Assembly (NCBI GenBank): GCA_963718235.1 | Contig: CAVQYR010000001.1 | Coordinates: 1,216,001-1,280,000 of the forward strand | DNA from: an uncultured Actinomycetota bacterium | GTDB lineage: Bacteria; Actinomycetota; Actinomycetes; JAHEKZ01 | Direction: 5' to 3' | Length of the DNA stretch: 64,000 nt | Part shown: in pieces, positions 1-10,215 of the stretch | How the letters are laid out: the number at the start of each line of letters is the position of its first letter | Numbering within the stretch: the first letter of the stretch is position 1 | Translations under genes and position numbers: made by a program | Notes under the pieces: generated by a model | Seen by the model: the letters and a program-made list of their open reading frames with translations, nothing else | Told to the model about the DNA's origin: nothing | Databases searched by the model: none

Positions 1-13
1 ACGCACATCATGA

Positions 14-47
14 ACGAAGGCGGGCTGCGACTGCGGCCCGCCTTCGT
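14..47 (+). terminator. GC-rich hairpin upstream of obgE (probable terminator of the upstream gene, usually rplU-rpmA)
   Basis: ACGAAGGCGGGC (14-25) is the exact reverse complement of GCCCGCCTTCGT (36-47); no strong U-tract. Confidence 0.55.
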
Positions 48-95
48 GCATCCGCCCCCAGCTCTCCCCGCACCGTCGACCGGCAAGGACACCCC

Positions 96-1463
96 GTGAC
101 CACGTTCGTCGACCGGGTCGACCTCCATCTCGAGGGCGGGCGCGGCGGCAACGGCTGTGCGTCGATCCACCGCGAGAAGTTCAAGCCGTTCGGCGGTCCG
201 GACGGCGGCAACGGGGGAAACGGCGGCGACGTGATCATGCTCGTCGAGCCCGGCCAGACGACCTTGCTCGACTTCCACCACAACCCGTCCCGACGGGCCG
301 GGAACGGCAAGCCCGGACAGGGTGGCCACCGCGACGGGGCCAACGGGGCCGACGTCGTCCTGTCGGTGCCGGAGGGCACGGTCGTGAAGACCCGGTCCGG
401 TGAGGTGCTGGCCGACCTCGTCGGCGCCGGCACCCGCTGGGTGGTCGCGGCCGGCGGCAGAGGTGGGCTCGGGAACGCGGCGCTGGCCTCCACCCGACGC
501 CGCGCCCCCGGCTTCGCCCTGCTCGGCGTCCCGGGGGACAGCCTCGACGTCGTGCTCGAGCTCAAGAGCGTCGCCGACGTCGGGCTCGTGGGGTTCCCCA
601 GCGCGGGCAAGTCCAGCCTGGTGGCGGCGATGTCGGCGGCCCGGCCGAAGATCGCCGACTACCCGTTCACGACCCTGGTGCCCCACCTCGGGGTGGTGCA
701 GGCGGGCTCCGTGCGGTTCACCGTCGCCGACGTCCCGGGGCTGATCCCCGGTGCGAGCCAGGGCAAGGGGCTCGGGCATGAGTTCCTGCGGCACGTCGAG
801 CGCTGCGCGGTGCTGGTGCAGGTGCTGGACTGCGCCACCCTGGAACCGGGGCGTGACCCGGTGAGCGACCTCGACGTCATCGAGGCCGAGCTGGCGGCCT
901 ACGGGGGGCTGGCCGACCGGCCGCGGCTGGTCGCCCTGAACAAGACCGACGTGCCCGAGGGGCGCGAGCTGGCCGAGCTCGTGCGTCCGATCCTGCAGGA
1001 GCGCGGGCTTGAGGTCTTCGACGTGTCGGCGGTCAGCCATGAGGGGTTGCGCCCCCTGGAGTTCGCCATGGCCGAGCTCGTGACCCGACACCGCAGCTCG
1101 CTCCCAGCCCCGGACTCCGAGCGGATCGTGCTGCGGCCGCGCCCCGTCGACGAGGCCGGGTTCACCGTGACCGCGGGAGCCGACCGGTTCGTGGTCCGTG
1201 GCGCCAAGCCGGAGCGCTGGGTGCGCCAGACCGACTTCGGCAACGACGAGGCCGTCGGCTACCTGGCCGACCGGCTCGCTCGGCTCGGGATCGAGGAGGC
1301 CCTGGTCGACGCCGGCGCGGAGCCAGGCGACGAGGTCGTCATCGGTGACGGCGACGACGCCGTCGTGTTCGACTTCGCCCCTCAGCTCGACGCCGGGGCC
1401 GAGGTGCTGCTCGGCCGAAGGGGCACCGACCTGCGCCTGGAGGCGTGGGAGCGCGAGCAGTGA
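96..1463 (+). CDS. obgE: GTPase ObgE/CgtA
   Basis: FVDRV...GGRGGNG...GGPDGGNGG Obg fold; G1 GFPSAGKS, G2 YPFTT, G3 DVPG, G4 NKTD; GTG start after AAGGA. Confidence 0.98.
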   Translation: MTTFVDRVDLHLEGGRGGNGCASIHREKFKPFGGPDGGNGGNGGDVIMLVEPGQTTLLDFHHNPSRRAGNGKPGQGGHRDGANGADVVLSVPEGTVVKTRSGEVLADLVGAGTRWVVAAGGRGGLGNAALASTRRRAPGFALLGVPGDSLDVVLELKSVADVGLVGFPSAGKSSLVAAMSAARPKIADYPFTTLVPHLGVVQAGSVRFTVADVPGLIPGASQGKGLGHEFLRHVERCAVLVQVLDCATLEPGRDPVSDLDVIEAELAAYGGLADRPRLVALNKTDVPEGRELAELVRPILQERGLEVFDVSAVSHEGLRPLEFAMAELVTRHRSSLPAPDSERIVLRPRPVDEAGFTVTAGADRFVVRGAKPERWVRQTDFGNDEAVGYLADRLARLGIEEALVDAGAEPGDEVVIGDGDDAVVFDFAPQLDAGAEVLLGRRGTDLRLEAWEREQ

Positions 1464-2575
1464 GCCGGTCCCAGGCTCGACGGGTCGTGGTGAAGGTCGG
1501 CTCGTCGTCGATCACCGACGCCGCGAACGGCCTCGACGGCGCGCGGGTCGAGGCACTGGTGGCCGCCCTGGCCGAGCACCGCCACGCCGGAGCGGAGATC
1601 GTCCTGGTCTCTTCCGGAGCGATCGCCGCCGGGCTCGAGCCGCTGCAGCTGAAGCGGCGTCCCCGCGACCTGGCCACCCAGCAGGCCGCGGCCAGCGTGG
1701 GTCAGGGCCTGCTCATGCACCGCTACACCGAGGCCTTCGCCGCCCGGCAGGTCCAGGTCGGCCAGGTGCTGCTGACCGCCGACGACGTCGTCCGACGCTC
1801 GCACTACCGCAACGCCCAGCGCACGCTGTACCGACTGCTCGAGCTGGGTGTCCTTCCGGTCGTCAACGAGAACGACACGGTCGCGACCGACGAGATCCGC
1901 TTCGGTGACAACGACCGGCTGGCGGCACTGGTCGCCCACCTCGTGCACGCCGACCTGCTGCTGCTCCTGTCCGACGTCGACGGTCTGTACGACGGTGACC
2001 CGCGCCGAGCAGGCGCCCGGCGGATCACCCGGGTCGACCGCGAGTCCGACCTGGCCGGAGTCGTGCTCGGGCGCAGTGGGGGTTCTGGCGTCGGCACCGG
2101 TGGCATGGCCACCAAGGTTGACGCGGCACGGATCGCCACGGGTGCCGGCGTTCCGGTCGTCCTCGCTGCCGCCGAACAGGCCGGGAACGCCCTGGCAGGT
2201 GCGTCGGTGGGCACGTACTTCGCGGCCACGCGTCGCCGGACCCCGACCCGGCTGCTGTGGCTCGCGCACGCGGCCACCACGCACGGCTCGCTGGTGCTGG
2301 ACGCCGGGGCAGTGACCGCGGTCGTCGAGCGTCGCGCCTCCCTGCTGCCCGCCGGCGTGGTGGGGGTGGAGGGCACCTTCGTGGCTGGGGATCCGATCGA
2401 CCTTCTCACCGAAAACGGTCACGTCGTGGCCCGTGGACTGGTCAACTTTGACGCGACGGAACTGCCGGAGCTCTTGGGCCGCTCGACCCGAGACCTCGCT
2501 CGCGAGCGAGGAACGGCCTACGAGCGTGAGGTCGTCCACCGCGACGACCTGATCGTGCTCGACGACCGCCGCTGA
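1460..2575 (+). CDS. proB: Glutamate 5-kinase
   Basis: [36 protein letters not shown]-terminal PUA domain; GTG overlaps obgE stop (GTGA). Confidence 0.97.
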   Translation: MSRSQARRVVVKVGSSSITDAANGLDGARVEALVAALAEHRHAGAEIVLVSSGAIAAGLEPLQLKRRPRDLATQQAAASVGQGLLMHRYTEAFAARQVQVGQVLLTADDVVRRSHYRNAQRTLYRLLELGVLPVVNENDTVATDEIRFGDNDRLAALVAHLVHADLLLLLSDVDGLYDGDPRRAGARRITRVDRESDLAGVVLGRSGGSGVGTGGMATKVDAARIATGAGVPVVLAAAEQAGNALAGASVGTYFAATRRRTPTRLLWLAHAATTHGSLVLDAGAVTAVVERRASLLPAGVVGVEGTFVAGDPIDLLTENGHVVARGLVNFDATELPELLGRSTRDLARERGTAYEREVVHRDDLIVLDDRR

Positions 2576-2586
2576 GAGGAGTCGAC

Positions 2587-2964
2587 GTGAGCGTGTCCCC
2601 ACCCGCCGTCCTGCCCTCGGCCCGTCGGCTGTGGCACGTCACGGTGACCCTTGCGGGGGAGCCCGTCTCGGTCGCGGAGGTGCGGGCCGCGCTCGGCCGC
2701 TTCGCCGACCGGCACCAGTTCCTCCTGTCGGGGCGCTACGCCAGCGACCGGGCCGAGATCAGGTACTGGGAGGAGGGGGCGCACATGCGTGACACGGCTG
2801 CCCGCGCGCTGCTGCTGTGGGACGACCATGCCGACGTCGCCGCGCTCCCTCCGTGGGAGGTCGTCGGGCTCGAGGTCGTCGACCAGGAGACCTTCCAGAC
2901 CCGGGGGCGAGCCGGTGAGCTGCTCGTCACCTCGGTGGGCTCGGGCGACCTGCGCCCGTTCTGA
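2587..2964 (+). CDS. Conserved actinobacterial hypothetical protein between proB and proA
   Basis: GAGGAG RBS; 125 aa with RLWHVTVT...RAEIRYWEE...LPPWEVVGLEV; same position as in Streptomyces pro clusters (from memory). Confidence 0.8.
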   Translation: MSVSPPAVLPSARRLWHVTVTLAGEPVSVAEVRAALGRFADRHQFLLSGRYASDRAEIRYWEEGAHMRDTAARALLLWDDHADVAALPPWEVVGLEVVDQETFQTRGRAGELLVTSVGSGDLRPF

Positions 2965-2991
2965 ACGGCGCCCGACCCGTACCCTTGACAG

Positions 2992-4287
2992 ATGGTTGAC
3001 CTCGCTGCGCCCCCCACGACCGACGAGCGTGCGGCCGTGCTGTCGGTGGCCCGCCGGGCCAACGCGGCAGCCGCGGTGCTCGCCCCGCTGTCCCGCTCGG
3101 CCAAGGACGCCGCCCTGCACGCCGTGGCCGATGCCCTGACCGGCGCCCTCGACGTCGTCCTCGCGGCCAACGCCCTCGATGTCGAGGCGGCTCGCGCCTC
3201 GGGCACCACCGCGGGTCTTGTCGACCGGCTGACCCTGACCGCCCCTCGCCTGCAGGCGATCGCCGACGCGGTCCGTGAGGTAGCCGAGCTCCCGGACCCG
3301 GTGGGTGAGGTCATCCGCGGATACACGCTGCCCAACGGGCTGCAGGTACGCCAGCTGCGCGTGCCGCTCGGCGTCGTCGGGATCATCTACGAAGCGCGCC
3401 CGAACGTCACGGTCGATGCGGCCGCGCTTGGGCTGAAGTCGGGCAACGCGGTGCTGCTCCGGGGGTCGGCCTCGGCGCGGCACTCCAACCACGCGCTCGT
3501 CTCGGTGATGCAGCAGGCCCTGGTGGCCTCCGGGCTGCCCGGAGACTGCATTCAGCTCGTCCCAGGGGTCAGCCACGAGTCGGTCAAGCACCTGATGACC
3601 GCAAGGGGACTCGTCGACGTGCTGATCCCCCGAGGGGGAGCCGGGCTGATCGCCTCGGTGGTCGAGGGATCGACGGTCCCGGTGATCGAGACCGGTGTGG
3701 GCAACTGCCACGTCTACCTCGACGCCGACGCCGACATCGACATGGCCGTGTCGATCGTGGTCAACGCCAAGTGCCAGCGCCCCAGTGTCTGTAACGCCGC
3801 CGAGACGCTGCTCGTCCACGCCGACCTCGCCGACGCGGTGCTGCCGAGCCTGCTCGCCGCACTCAGGGACGCCGGGGTCACCGTGCACGCCGATGCGCGC
3901 ATGGAGCCGTACTGCACCGAGGCCGGGGTGCCCCACGTGCCCGTGACCGACGACGACTGGGCGGCGGAGTACTACTCCCTCGACCTCGCCGCGGGGGTCG
4001 TCGACTCGATCGACGACGCGGTCGCCCACATCCGGCGCTGGTCGACCGGGCACACCGAGGCGATCGTCACCGACAGCGTCAGCGCGGCACAGCATTTCGT
4101 CGCCCAGGTCGACGCGGCCGCGGTGATGGTCAACGCGTCCACCCGGTTCACCGACGGCGGGGAGTTCGGGTTCGGCGCCGAGATCGGGATCTCCACCCAG
4201 AAGCTGCATGCCCGAGGGCCGATGGGCCTGCAGGAGCTCACCTCGACCAAGTACGTCGTCGTGGGCGAGGGACACGTCCGAAGCTGA
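2992..4287 (+). CDS. proA: Gamma-glutamyl phosphate reductase
   Basis: [17 protein letters not shown], catalytic [43 protein letters not shown]; -10 TACCCT 6 nt before ATG. Confidence 0.98.
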   Translation: MVDLAAPPTTDERAAVLSVARRANAAAAVLAPLSRSAKDAALHAVADALTGALDVVLAANALDVEAARASGTTAGLVDRLTLTAPRLQAIADAVREVAELPDPVGEVIRGYTLPNGLQVRQLRVPLGVVGIIYEARPNVTVDAAALGLKSGNAVLLRGSASARHSNHALVSVMQQALVASGLPGDCIQLVPGVSHESVKHLMTARGLVDVLIPRGGAGLIASVVEGSTVPVIETGVGNCHVYLDADADIDMAVSIVVNAKCQRPSVCNAAETLLVHADLADAVLPSLLAALRDAGVTVHADARMEPYCTEAGVPHVPVTDDDWAAEYYSLDLAAGVVDSIDDAVAHIRRWSTGHTEAIVTDSVSAAQHFVAQVDAAAVMVNASTRFTDGGEFGFGAEIGISTQKLHARGPMGLQELTSTKYVVVGEGHVRS

Positions 4288-4373
4288 CGGCCGGCCGCTA
4301 GGCTGGCCTCCGTCCTGTCAGGCCGGTCCTCGGGCCGGCCGTCCGTCCTGCCAGATGCTGTCGAGGTGCGTCG

Positions 4374-4514
4374 ATGTCGTGGATCCAGATGGCGTCCGAA
4401 GTCGTCGAGGAGGAGGTCTCCGGCCTGCCGATGGCGATCGGGCTCGGGGTCACCGCCTTCGTGGTGTTCGCAGTGCTGCTGTTCGCCGTCACCCGGCTGA
4501 ACTCCGACCGCTGA
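4374..4514 (+). CDS. Small single-pass membrane protein (46 aa), not in ORF track
   Basis: [46 protein letters not shown]; GAGGTG RBS; one TM helix; ends 7 nt before nadD. Confidence 0.75.
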   Translation: MSWIQMASEVVEEEVSGLPMAIGLGVTAFVVFAVLLFAVTRLNSDR

Positions 4515-4521
4515 GCCAGCG

Positions 4522-5133
4522 GTGACCCGCCGCCGACTCGGGGTGATGGGCGGCACGTTCGACCCAGTCCACCAGGGCCACCTCGTCGCTGCCAACGAGG
4601 TGGCGTCACTGTTCCTGCTCGACGAGGTGGTCTTCGTCCCCACGGGTGCCCCGTGGCAGAAGACCGAGCGACACGTCACGCCCGCAGAGGACCGCTACCT
4701 GATGACCGTGATCGCCACAGCGTCCAACCCCCGGTTCTCGGTGAGCCGGGTCGATGTCGACCGCGGAGGACCCACTTACACCACCGACACCCTGCGCGAC
4801 CTCCGCCGCGAGCGAGGCGACGACGTCGAGCTCTACTTCATCACCGGTGCCGATGCCCTGGGGCAGATCCTCGGCTGGCGCGAAGCCGACCAGCTGTTCG
4901 AGCTCGCCCACTTCGTCGGTGTCACCCGACCCGGACACCACCTGTCCGACGCCGGCCTGCCCGAGGGTCGGGTGAGCCTGGTCGAGGTTCCCGCGCTGGC
5001 CATCTCCTCGACCGATGTGCGCGAGCGGGTCGAGACCCACCGCCCGGTGTGGTACCTGGTGCCCGACGGCGTGGTCCAGTACATCGCCAAACGGGGTCTG
5101 TACCGCACGGCCGCCAACGAGGGCGCCCGGTGA
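4522..5133 (+). CDS. nadD: Nicotinate-nucleotide adenylyltransferase
   Basis: [30 protein letters not shown] motifs. Confidence 0.97.
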   Translation: MTRRRLGVMGGTFDPVHQGHLVAANEVASLFLLDEVVFVPTGAPWQKTERHVTPAEDRYLMTVIATASNPRFSVSRVDVDRGGPTYTTDTLRDLRRERGDDVELYFITGADALGQILGWREADQLFELAHFVGVTRPGHHLSDAGLPEGRVSLVEVPALAISSTDVRERVETHRPVWYLVPDGVVQYIAKRGLYRTAANEGAR

Positions 5134-6465
5134 GCGGGCGCCGTCGGCGTCAGCCGAACCGCGACGCGTCGCGGGTCGCGGCGAGCCCGGTCACCGCGGA
5201 CCCCGCCGGCCCGACTCCCGACCCGAGCTCCCGACCCGAGTCCCGACCCGACTCCGGTCCCGGTGGCGAGTCGGCGGGACCGACGCGCGCAGAAGCGAAC
5301 AGCCTCGAGGCGGCGCTGGCTCCCCCTCGTCGCGGTCGCAGCGGTGCTCGCCGTCGTGGCTGCTCTCGTGCTCGTGGTGCCGGTGCTGTTCGGCGACGAC
5401 GACGTCGCCCCTTCGCCGACACCCCCGGCTCGGACCCAGCAGACGATGGTGATGATGCTCGCCGGCGAGTACAGCTCCTCGTTCGCCTCAGCTCTCATGG
5501 CGGCCGATCCGGCCGCCGACGACGGCTCGGTGGTCCTGGTGCCGTCGTCGCTGCTGGTCGACGGTCCCAGCCCGGAGGCGATCCGGTTCGGCTCGACGGT
5601 GCGGTACCCGGACCCCAACGCGCCGGCGGTGGCGTTGGAGGACACCTTGGCCGTCGTGATCGACGCGACGTGGCGACTGTCCCCGATGGGGTTGGCCCAG
5701 CTGGTCGACGCGGTCGGTGGGGTCAGCGTCAGCGTCGAAGACGACGTAATCCTCACCCGTCGCGACGGCACGAGGGAGGTCGTCGTCCCCGGTGGCACCA
5801 CCCAGCTCAGCGGGACGCAGGCGGCGGCCTACTCGGCGGTGCTCCCGACGGGGGAGGAGGAGGCCTCGCGGCTCGCGCACTTCAACGCGGTCCTGTTCGC
5901 CCTCATCCCCGAGCTGCCCAGTGACCAGGCCGAGCTGGAGTCGTTGCTCAAGGGACTGGGCCGGGAGTCCGCCGTGACCACCGGTGTCCCCTGGCTGGCC
6001 AGCTTCTTGCTGGCCGAGCAGTCGGCCATGGACGCCGGGAACGTCACCGCGACCACCCTGCCCGTCGACTCGATCGACGTCGGGTCGCCGCAGGCGGTGT
6101 ACGCCGTCGACCAGGAGGCGGCGGAGACGTTGATGGCGGCGTCGTTCGCCGGGTCCAGGCCGCCGGGAGGGGCCGACCGGCTCAGCGTGCTCGCCCAGAA
6201 CGGGGTCGGTCGCCCCGGTCTCGTGGAGTCGGCGGGGGAGAAGCTGCGCGACGCCGGCTACGCGTTCGTCAACGGCGGCAACGCCAACCGGTTCGGCTAT
6301 GCCAAGACCGTGATCGTGGTCCCGGACACCACCGACGAGTCGCTGGCCAACGGACGAGCGATCGCCGACGTGCTCGGAGTCCCCGCCTCGGCGGTGCAGG
6401 TCGCGGCGGAGGGCCAGTCCGTCGCCGACGTCGTCGTGATCATCGGGGCCGACTACGAGGCGTGA
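5130..6465 (+). CDS. LCP/LytR C-terminal domain membrane protein; 5' end interrupted by one extra base near 5226 (intact ORF 5263-6465)
   Basis: Basic stretch plus TM, LCP-like [10 protein letters not shown], LytR_C-like [12 protein letters not shown]...[10 protein letters not shown]; GTG 5130 overlaps nadD stop and joins the frame if one base is removed. Confidence 0.8.
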
Positions 6466-6540
6466 GAGGCTGGGAGTGCTCGAACGCGACCCCCGAGCGA
6501 CCCAGACGACCAAGCCGATCGAACCGACCCAGACGAGACG

Positions 6541-6927
6541 ATGACTGCCACTGCTGAGACCGTGACCTTGACCGAGGCGGCCGCATCAGCGGCCGCGGAC
6601 AAGCTGGCGCGAGACATCATCGCCTTCGACGTGAGCGAGCAGCTGGCCATCGCTGATGTCTTCCTGCTGTGCTCGGCGGCCAACGAGCGGCAGGTGCAGG
6701 CGGTCGTCGATGCGGTGGAGGAGCGGCTGCGCGAGCTGGGCGCCAAACCCGTGCGGCGCGAGGGCGAACGCGATGCACGCTGGGTCCTGCTCGACTACCT
6801 CGACCTCGTGGTTCACGTGCAGCAGGAGGACGAGCGGGCGTTCTACAGCCTGGAACGGCTGTGGAAGGACTGTCCGGTCGTCCCCCTGTCGGTCCAGCGG
6901 GTCGACGACGCCGAGGTGTCGTCCTGA
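6541..6927 (+). CDS. rsfS: Ribosome silencing factor
   Basis: AADKLARDI, ERQVQAVVD, WVLLDYLDLVVHV...FYSLERLW. Confidence 0.96.
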   Translation: MTATAETVTLTEAAASAAADKLARDIIAFDVSEQLAIADVFLLCSAANERQVQAVVDAVEERLRELGAKPVRREGERDARWVLLDYLDLVVHVQQEDERAFYSLERLWKDCPVVPLSVQRVDDAEVSS

Positions 6928-7559
6928 CCGGTCGCCGGGTGCTGCTGTGGCGTCACGGCCGCACCCAGTGGAACGACGAGGACCGGTTCCAGGGGCATCT
7001 CGACATCCCCCTGGACGACGTGGGACACGCGCAGGCCCGGGCCGCCGCTTCGGTGCTGGCTGCGCTCACCCCTGCTGCGCTGGTCGCCAGTGATCTGCAA
7101 CGCGCCACCGAGACGGCGGTCTACCTGGCCACGCTGACCGGGCTCGACGTGCAGGTCGACGTCCGGCTCCGGGAGACCGACGGAGGCACCTGGCAGGGCC
7201 GGCTGGGCGCGGAGCTGAGGGCTGATGACGGCGAGCGGTACCTGGCCTGGAGGTCCGGCGCCGACGTCGCGGCGGGAGGAGCCGAGACCAGGTCACAGCT
7301 CGCCGACCGGGCTACTGCGGCGATCTCCGACGCCCTGGCCGGCGTCGCACCCGGTGGCCTGCTCGTGGTCGCCACCCACGGGGGGACGGCCAGGGCTTCG
7401 CTGGGGCGGCTGCTGGACCTCCCGACGAAGCAGTGGCGGATCCTCGGCGGGATCGCGAACGCCTGCTGGTCGGTGCTCGAGGAGGGTTCTTCGGGGTGGC
7501 GCCTGGTCGAGCACAACGCGGGCAGCCCGCCGACCCGGGTGGTGGGCGACGACCGCTGA
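6924..7559 (+). CDS. Histidine phosphatase family protein (probable CTG start; alternative GTG 6939)
   Basis: RHGRTQWN...QGHLDIPL, SDLQRATETA, LRE, HGG; usual rsfS neighbour. Confidence 0.9.
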   Translation: MTGRRVLLWRHGRTQWNDEDRFQGHLDIPLDDVGHAQARAAASVLAALTPAALVASDLQRATETAVYLATLTGLDVQVDVRLRETDGGTWQGRLGAELRADDGERYLAWRSGADVAAGGAETRSQLADRATAAISDALAGVAPGGLLVVATHGGTARASLGRLLDLPTKQWRILGGIANACWSVLEEGSSGWRLVEHNAGSPPTRVVGDDR

Positions 7560-7620
7560 CCCGGCGATTCGGCCGGGTCGCCGACGACGGCTACACTGGC
7601 CGCTGCCCTGCGGGGCACCT

Positions 7621-7696
7621 GGGGCTATGGCGCAGCTGGTAGCGCGTCTGCATGGCATGCAGAAGGTCAGGGGTTCGAGTCCCCTTAGCTCCACCA
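7621..7696 (+). tRNA. tRNA-Ala(GGC)
   Basis: GGGGCTA/TAGCTCC acceptor with G3:U70, anticodon arm TCTGC-ATGGCAT-GCAGA, GGTTCGA T-loop, encoded CCA; -10 TACACT at 7592. Confidence 0.98.
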
Positions 7697-7777
7697 GCGA
7701 CCGAGGCGAGCAGAGCACTGCGAGCAAGGCAACCAGGTCTTGCGTCCTCGCGGGAGCACAGGGGGAGTGCTGCACCA

Positions 7778-8722
7778 ATGACTCGTCGGGCGCTCGCGGT
7801 GGCGGCTGTGGTCGTGGTGGTCGCGGTGAGCGCAGGAATCGCCCTGACCCTGGGTCGGCTGGGTTCGAGCACCGCCCCCGACAGCTGCCAGAGCTTCCCG
7901 GGGGATCCGTGCGCCGGGTCGTTGTACTACGGGGCGTCGGTCGAGGGTGGCGACCCTGCCCGGCTGGAGGCGCTGACCGGCCGTCCCCTCACCCTGTTCC
8001 GCTCCTTCATGCAGTCCACGACGCCGGCGAGCGCCTTCGTCGAGCGGGCGACGGCCGACGTCGCGGCCGGCCGGATCCCCCTGATCTCGACCAAGGTCCC
8101 CGGGACCTGGTCCGAGGTCGCCTCGGGTGACCAGGACGCCTGGCTGGAGGAGCGGGTCAGGGCCCTGGCCGCGGTCGACGGTCCCGTGTGGCTCGTGCTG
8201 CACCACGAGCCGCAGAGCGACGGCGTCCCGGCCGACTGGGTGGCCATGCAGCAGCATGCCCGAACGGTGATCGACCGCCTGTCGTCAAACATTGTGCTCG
8301 TCGGCATCCTCAACGGTTCGACCTTCCTGGACCCGGGCGGTGACCCACGGGCGTACTTCATGCCGGTGGGGACAGGGGTCGACGTGATGGGCTTCGACTC
8401 CTACAACCAGTGGTCGCCGACCAACGGCCGACGGTGGATGCCGGCGGCCGAGGTGCTGTCACCTGCCCTGGTGATCAAGTCCTGGGGCTACCCCGTCCTG
8501 GTGGGCGAGCACGGGGTGCGGGAGGACCCCGACCGGCCAGGCCGCGCGGCTCAGTGGCTCGCGGACGCCTACCAGTTCGGGTTGGACCACGGCCTGGTCG
8601 CCCTGTCGTACTTCGACTCGTCGGTGAACTCCGAGGACGGAAGCTGGGCGCTCGACGGGGAGCGGCTCGAGCAGTTCACCGCCAACCTGGCCCGCCCGGA
8701 GACCGCCGCGCTGACCCCCTGA
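7778..8722 (+). CDS. Secreted/membrane-anchored GH26-like glycoside hydrolase
   Basis: N-terminal hydrophobic segment; LHHEP acid/base, VDVMGFDSYN, PVLVGEHG nucleophile, LSYFDS clan GH-A pattern. Confidence 0.7.
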   Translation: MTRRALAVAAVVVVVAVSAGIALTLGRLGSSTAPDSCQSFPGDPCAGSLYYGASVEGGDPARLEALTGRPLTLFRSFMQSTTPASAFVERATADVAAGRIPLISTKVPGTWSEVASGDQDAWLEERVRALAAVDGPVWLVLHHEPQSDGVPADWVAMQQHARTVIDRLSSNIVLVGILNGSTFLDPGGDPRAYFMPVGTGVDVMGFDSYNQWSPTNGRRWMPAAEVLSPALVIKSWGYPVLVGEHGVREDPDRPGRAAQWLADAYQFGLDHGLVALSYFDSSVNSEDGSWALDGERLEQFTANLARPETAALTP

Positions 8723-8888
8723 CCGCCCCGGGGCCCGGTGACCGGTGAGCGGACCGGTCCGGCGGGCCCAGGCCCGGGCTCACCGGCGGTGACCGTCGGC
8801 GCGGTGGCGCGTGGCGTTCTTCGCCCGTTCGTGGCATCTTCGCGGATTCGCCCGACGCGGCGGGTGCGACTCGGTCAAGGTATCGAGT

Positions 8889-10031
8889 GTGCGTGACGAC
8901 ATCGTGGTTGTGGTGGGGGCGGATCCAGGAGATCCAGACGACGTGCGCCGTGACGCCGCCGTCTGGTCGATGCTGCCTGCCGTGGCCGGGGGCCTCGCGA
9001 TCTGGGCGGCGCTCTCGGCCGTCGTCGCCCTGACCCAGGACACTGGGGGCGTCGCCACCGCCCTGACGGCCCTGACCACCTCCTTCCTCCTGACCGCGAT
9101 CGCGGTCGGCTTCGGTGTCCGTGGTCGGCTGGAGCGTTGGGCCGACCCGGTGGCGGCCACCACCGTGGTCCTGGCCTCGGTGCCTGCCGTCGCCGGCGTG
9201 GTCCTGACCCGCGACGTCGCCTGGTCGCTGGGTGTTCTCGTGTCGCTCGTGGCGACCGGGGCACTGCTGCTGTCCATCCGCTGGTTCGTGGTCACCGGGT
9301 ACGCCTTGTGGCTGGGCTGGTTGGTGGCTCTCGCCTTCGGTGACCTGGGCACTTGGCCATGGCTGTGGCTGGCCGCGGGCGCCGCAGTGACCGCTCTGTC
9401 GGCGCTGGTGTGTGTCTCGCGGCGCCGCCTCGTCCAGGCGCTGGCCAGGGCCGAGGAGACCGCCGCGCTGGCGAGCGTGCGGGACTCGCTCACCGGTCTG
9501 GCGAACCGCCGCGGGCTCAGCATGCTGGGCCAGCAGATGGTCGAGGTCGCCAGACGCCAGGGTGACGCCGTGCACTGCGTCTACGTCGACATCGACCAGC
9601 TGGCGCACGTCAACGAGGTCGTCGGCCACGACGCCGGCGACGAGGTCGTGGTGGCCGTCGCCGATGCTTTGCGGGCCGTGACCCGTTCGACCGACGTCGT
9701 CGCCCGTTGGGGCGGCGACGAGTTCTGCGTCATCGGGCCCGGGGCGGGGATGGCCCCCATGGAGCTCGAGCGGCGCATCCGCGAGCGTGTGATGCAGAAC
9801 CCGCCGGTACCCGACGTGGTCTGGTCGCCGCGCGTGTGCGCGGGGGGCGCGATGCTCGCACCCTGGGACAGCGGCACGCTGGACACCCTGCTCGGCAAGG
9901 CCGACCAGGAGATGTACCTGCGTCGGGCGCTGCGTCGCGGGGGAGGCCGCACTCGTGCCGGCGGCGCGGGTGGTGCCGGTCGGGGGGCTGGGCCGGGCAC
10001 CAACCAGGAGCAGCCGCAGGCCGGCGCCTGA
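8889..10031 (+). CDS. Membrane-bound GGDEF diguanylate cyclase (start uncertain)
   Basis: About 6 TM helices, DSLTGLANRR, DID...GHDAGD, RSTD I-site, RWGGDEF. Confidence 0.9.
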   Translation: MRDDIVVVVGADPGDPDDVRRDAAVWSMLPAVAGGLAIWAALSAVVALTQDTGGVATALTALTTSFLLTAIAVGFGVRGRLERWADPVAATTVVLASVPAVAGVVLTRDVAWSLGVLVSLVATGALLLSIRWFVVTGYALWLGWLVALAFGDLGTWPWLWLAAGAAVTALSALVCVSRRRLVQALARAEETAALASVRDSLTGLANRRGLSMLGQQMVEVARRQGDAVHCVYVDIDQLAHVNEVVGHDAGDEVVVAVADALRAVTRSTDVVARWGGDEFCVIGPGAGMAPMELERRIRERVMQNPPVPDVVWSPRVCAGGAMLAPWDSGTLDTLLGKADQEMYLRRALRRGGGRTRAGGAGGAGRGAGPGTNQEQPQAGA

Positions 10032-10096
10032 ACGCTGCCGGTCCCGTGCTGGGCGGTGACCAGCGGGCGACTGCCCCTTCCTGTACCCTGACCGGC

Positions 10097-10132
10097 ATGC
10101 GAGTCCGGCTGCTCCTTACCGAGCCGCGCTGA
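10097..10132 (+). CDS. leuS leader peptide MRVRLLLTEPR
   Basis: Three tandem Leu codons CTG CTC CTT; -10 TACCCT 7 nt upstream; resembles the Streptomyces leuS leader. Confidence 0.85.
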   Translation: MRVRLLLTEPR

Positions 10133-10169
10133 CCTCAGCGGGTGCCACAGGCACCGCGTCGGCGCGGCG

Positions 10170-10192
10170 ACCCCTCGTGATCGAGGGGTTTT
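10170..10192 (+). terminator. leuS attenuator terminator
   Basis: ACCCCTCG-TGAT-CGAGGGGT followed by TTT, between the leader peptide and leuS. Confidence 0.85.
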
Positions 10193-10215
10193 CCCATGTC
10201 AGGGGCACGTTTTGA

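Noticed and set aside
7621-10100. Integrative element at tRNA-Ala
   Set aside because: No integrase, no duplicated tRNA 3' end seen, and codon usage looks host-like
10032-10215. T-box riboswitch before leuS (also considered before glyQS)
   Set aside because: No T-box consensus; the leuS leader is explained by a Leu leader peptide plus terminator
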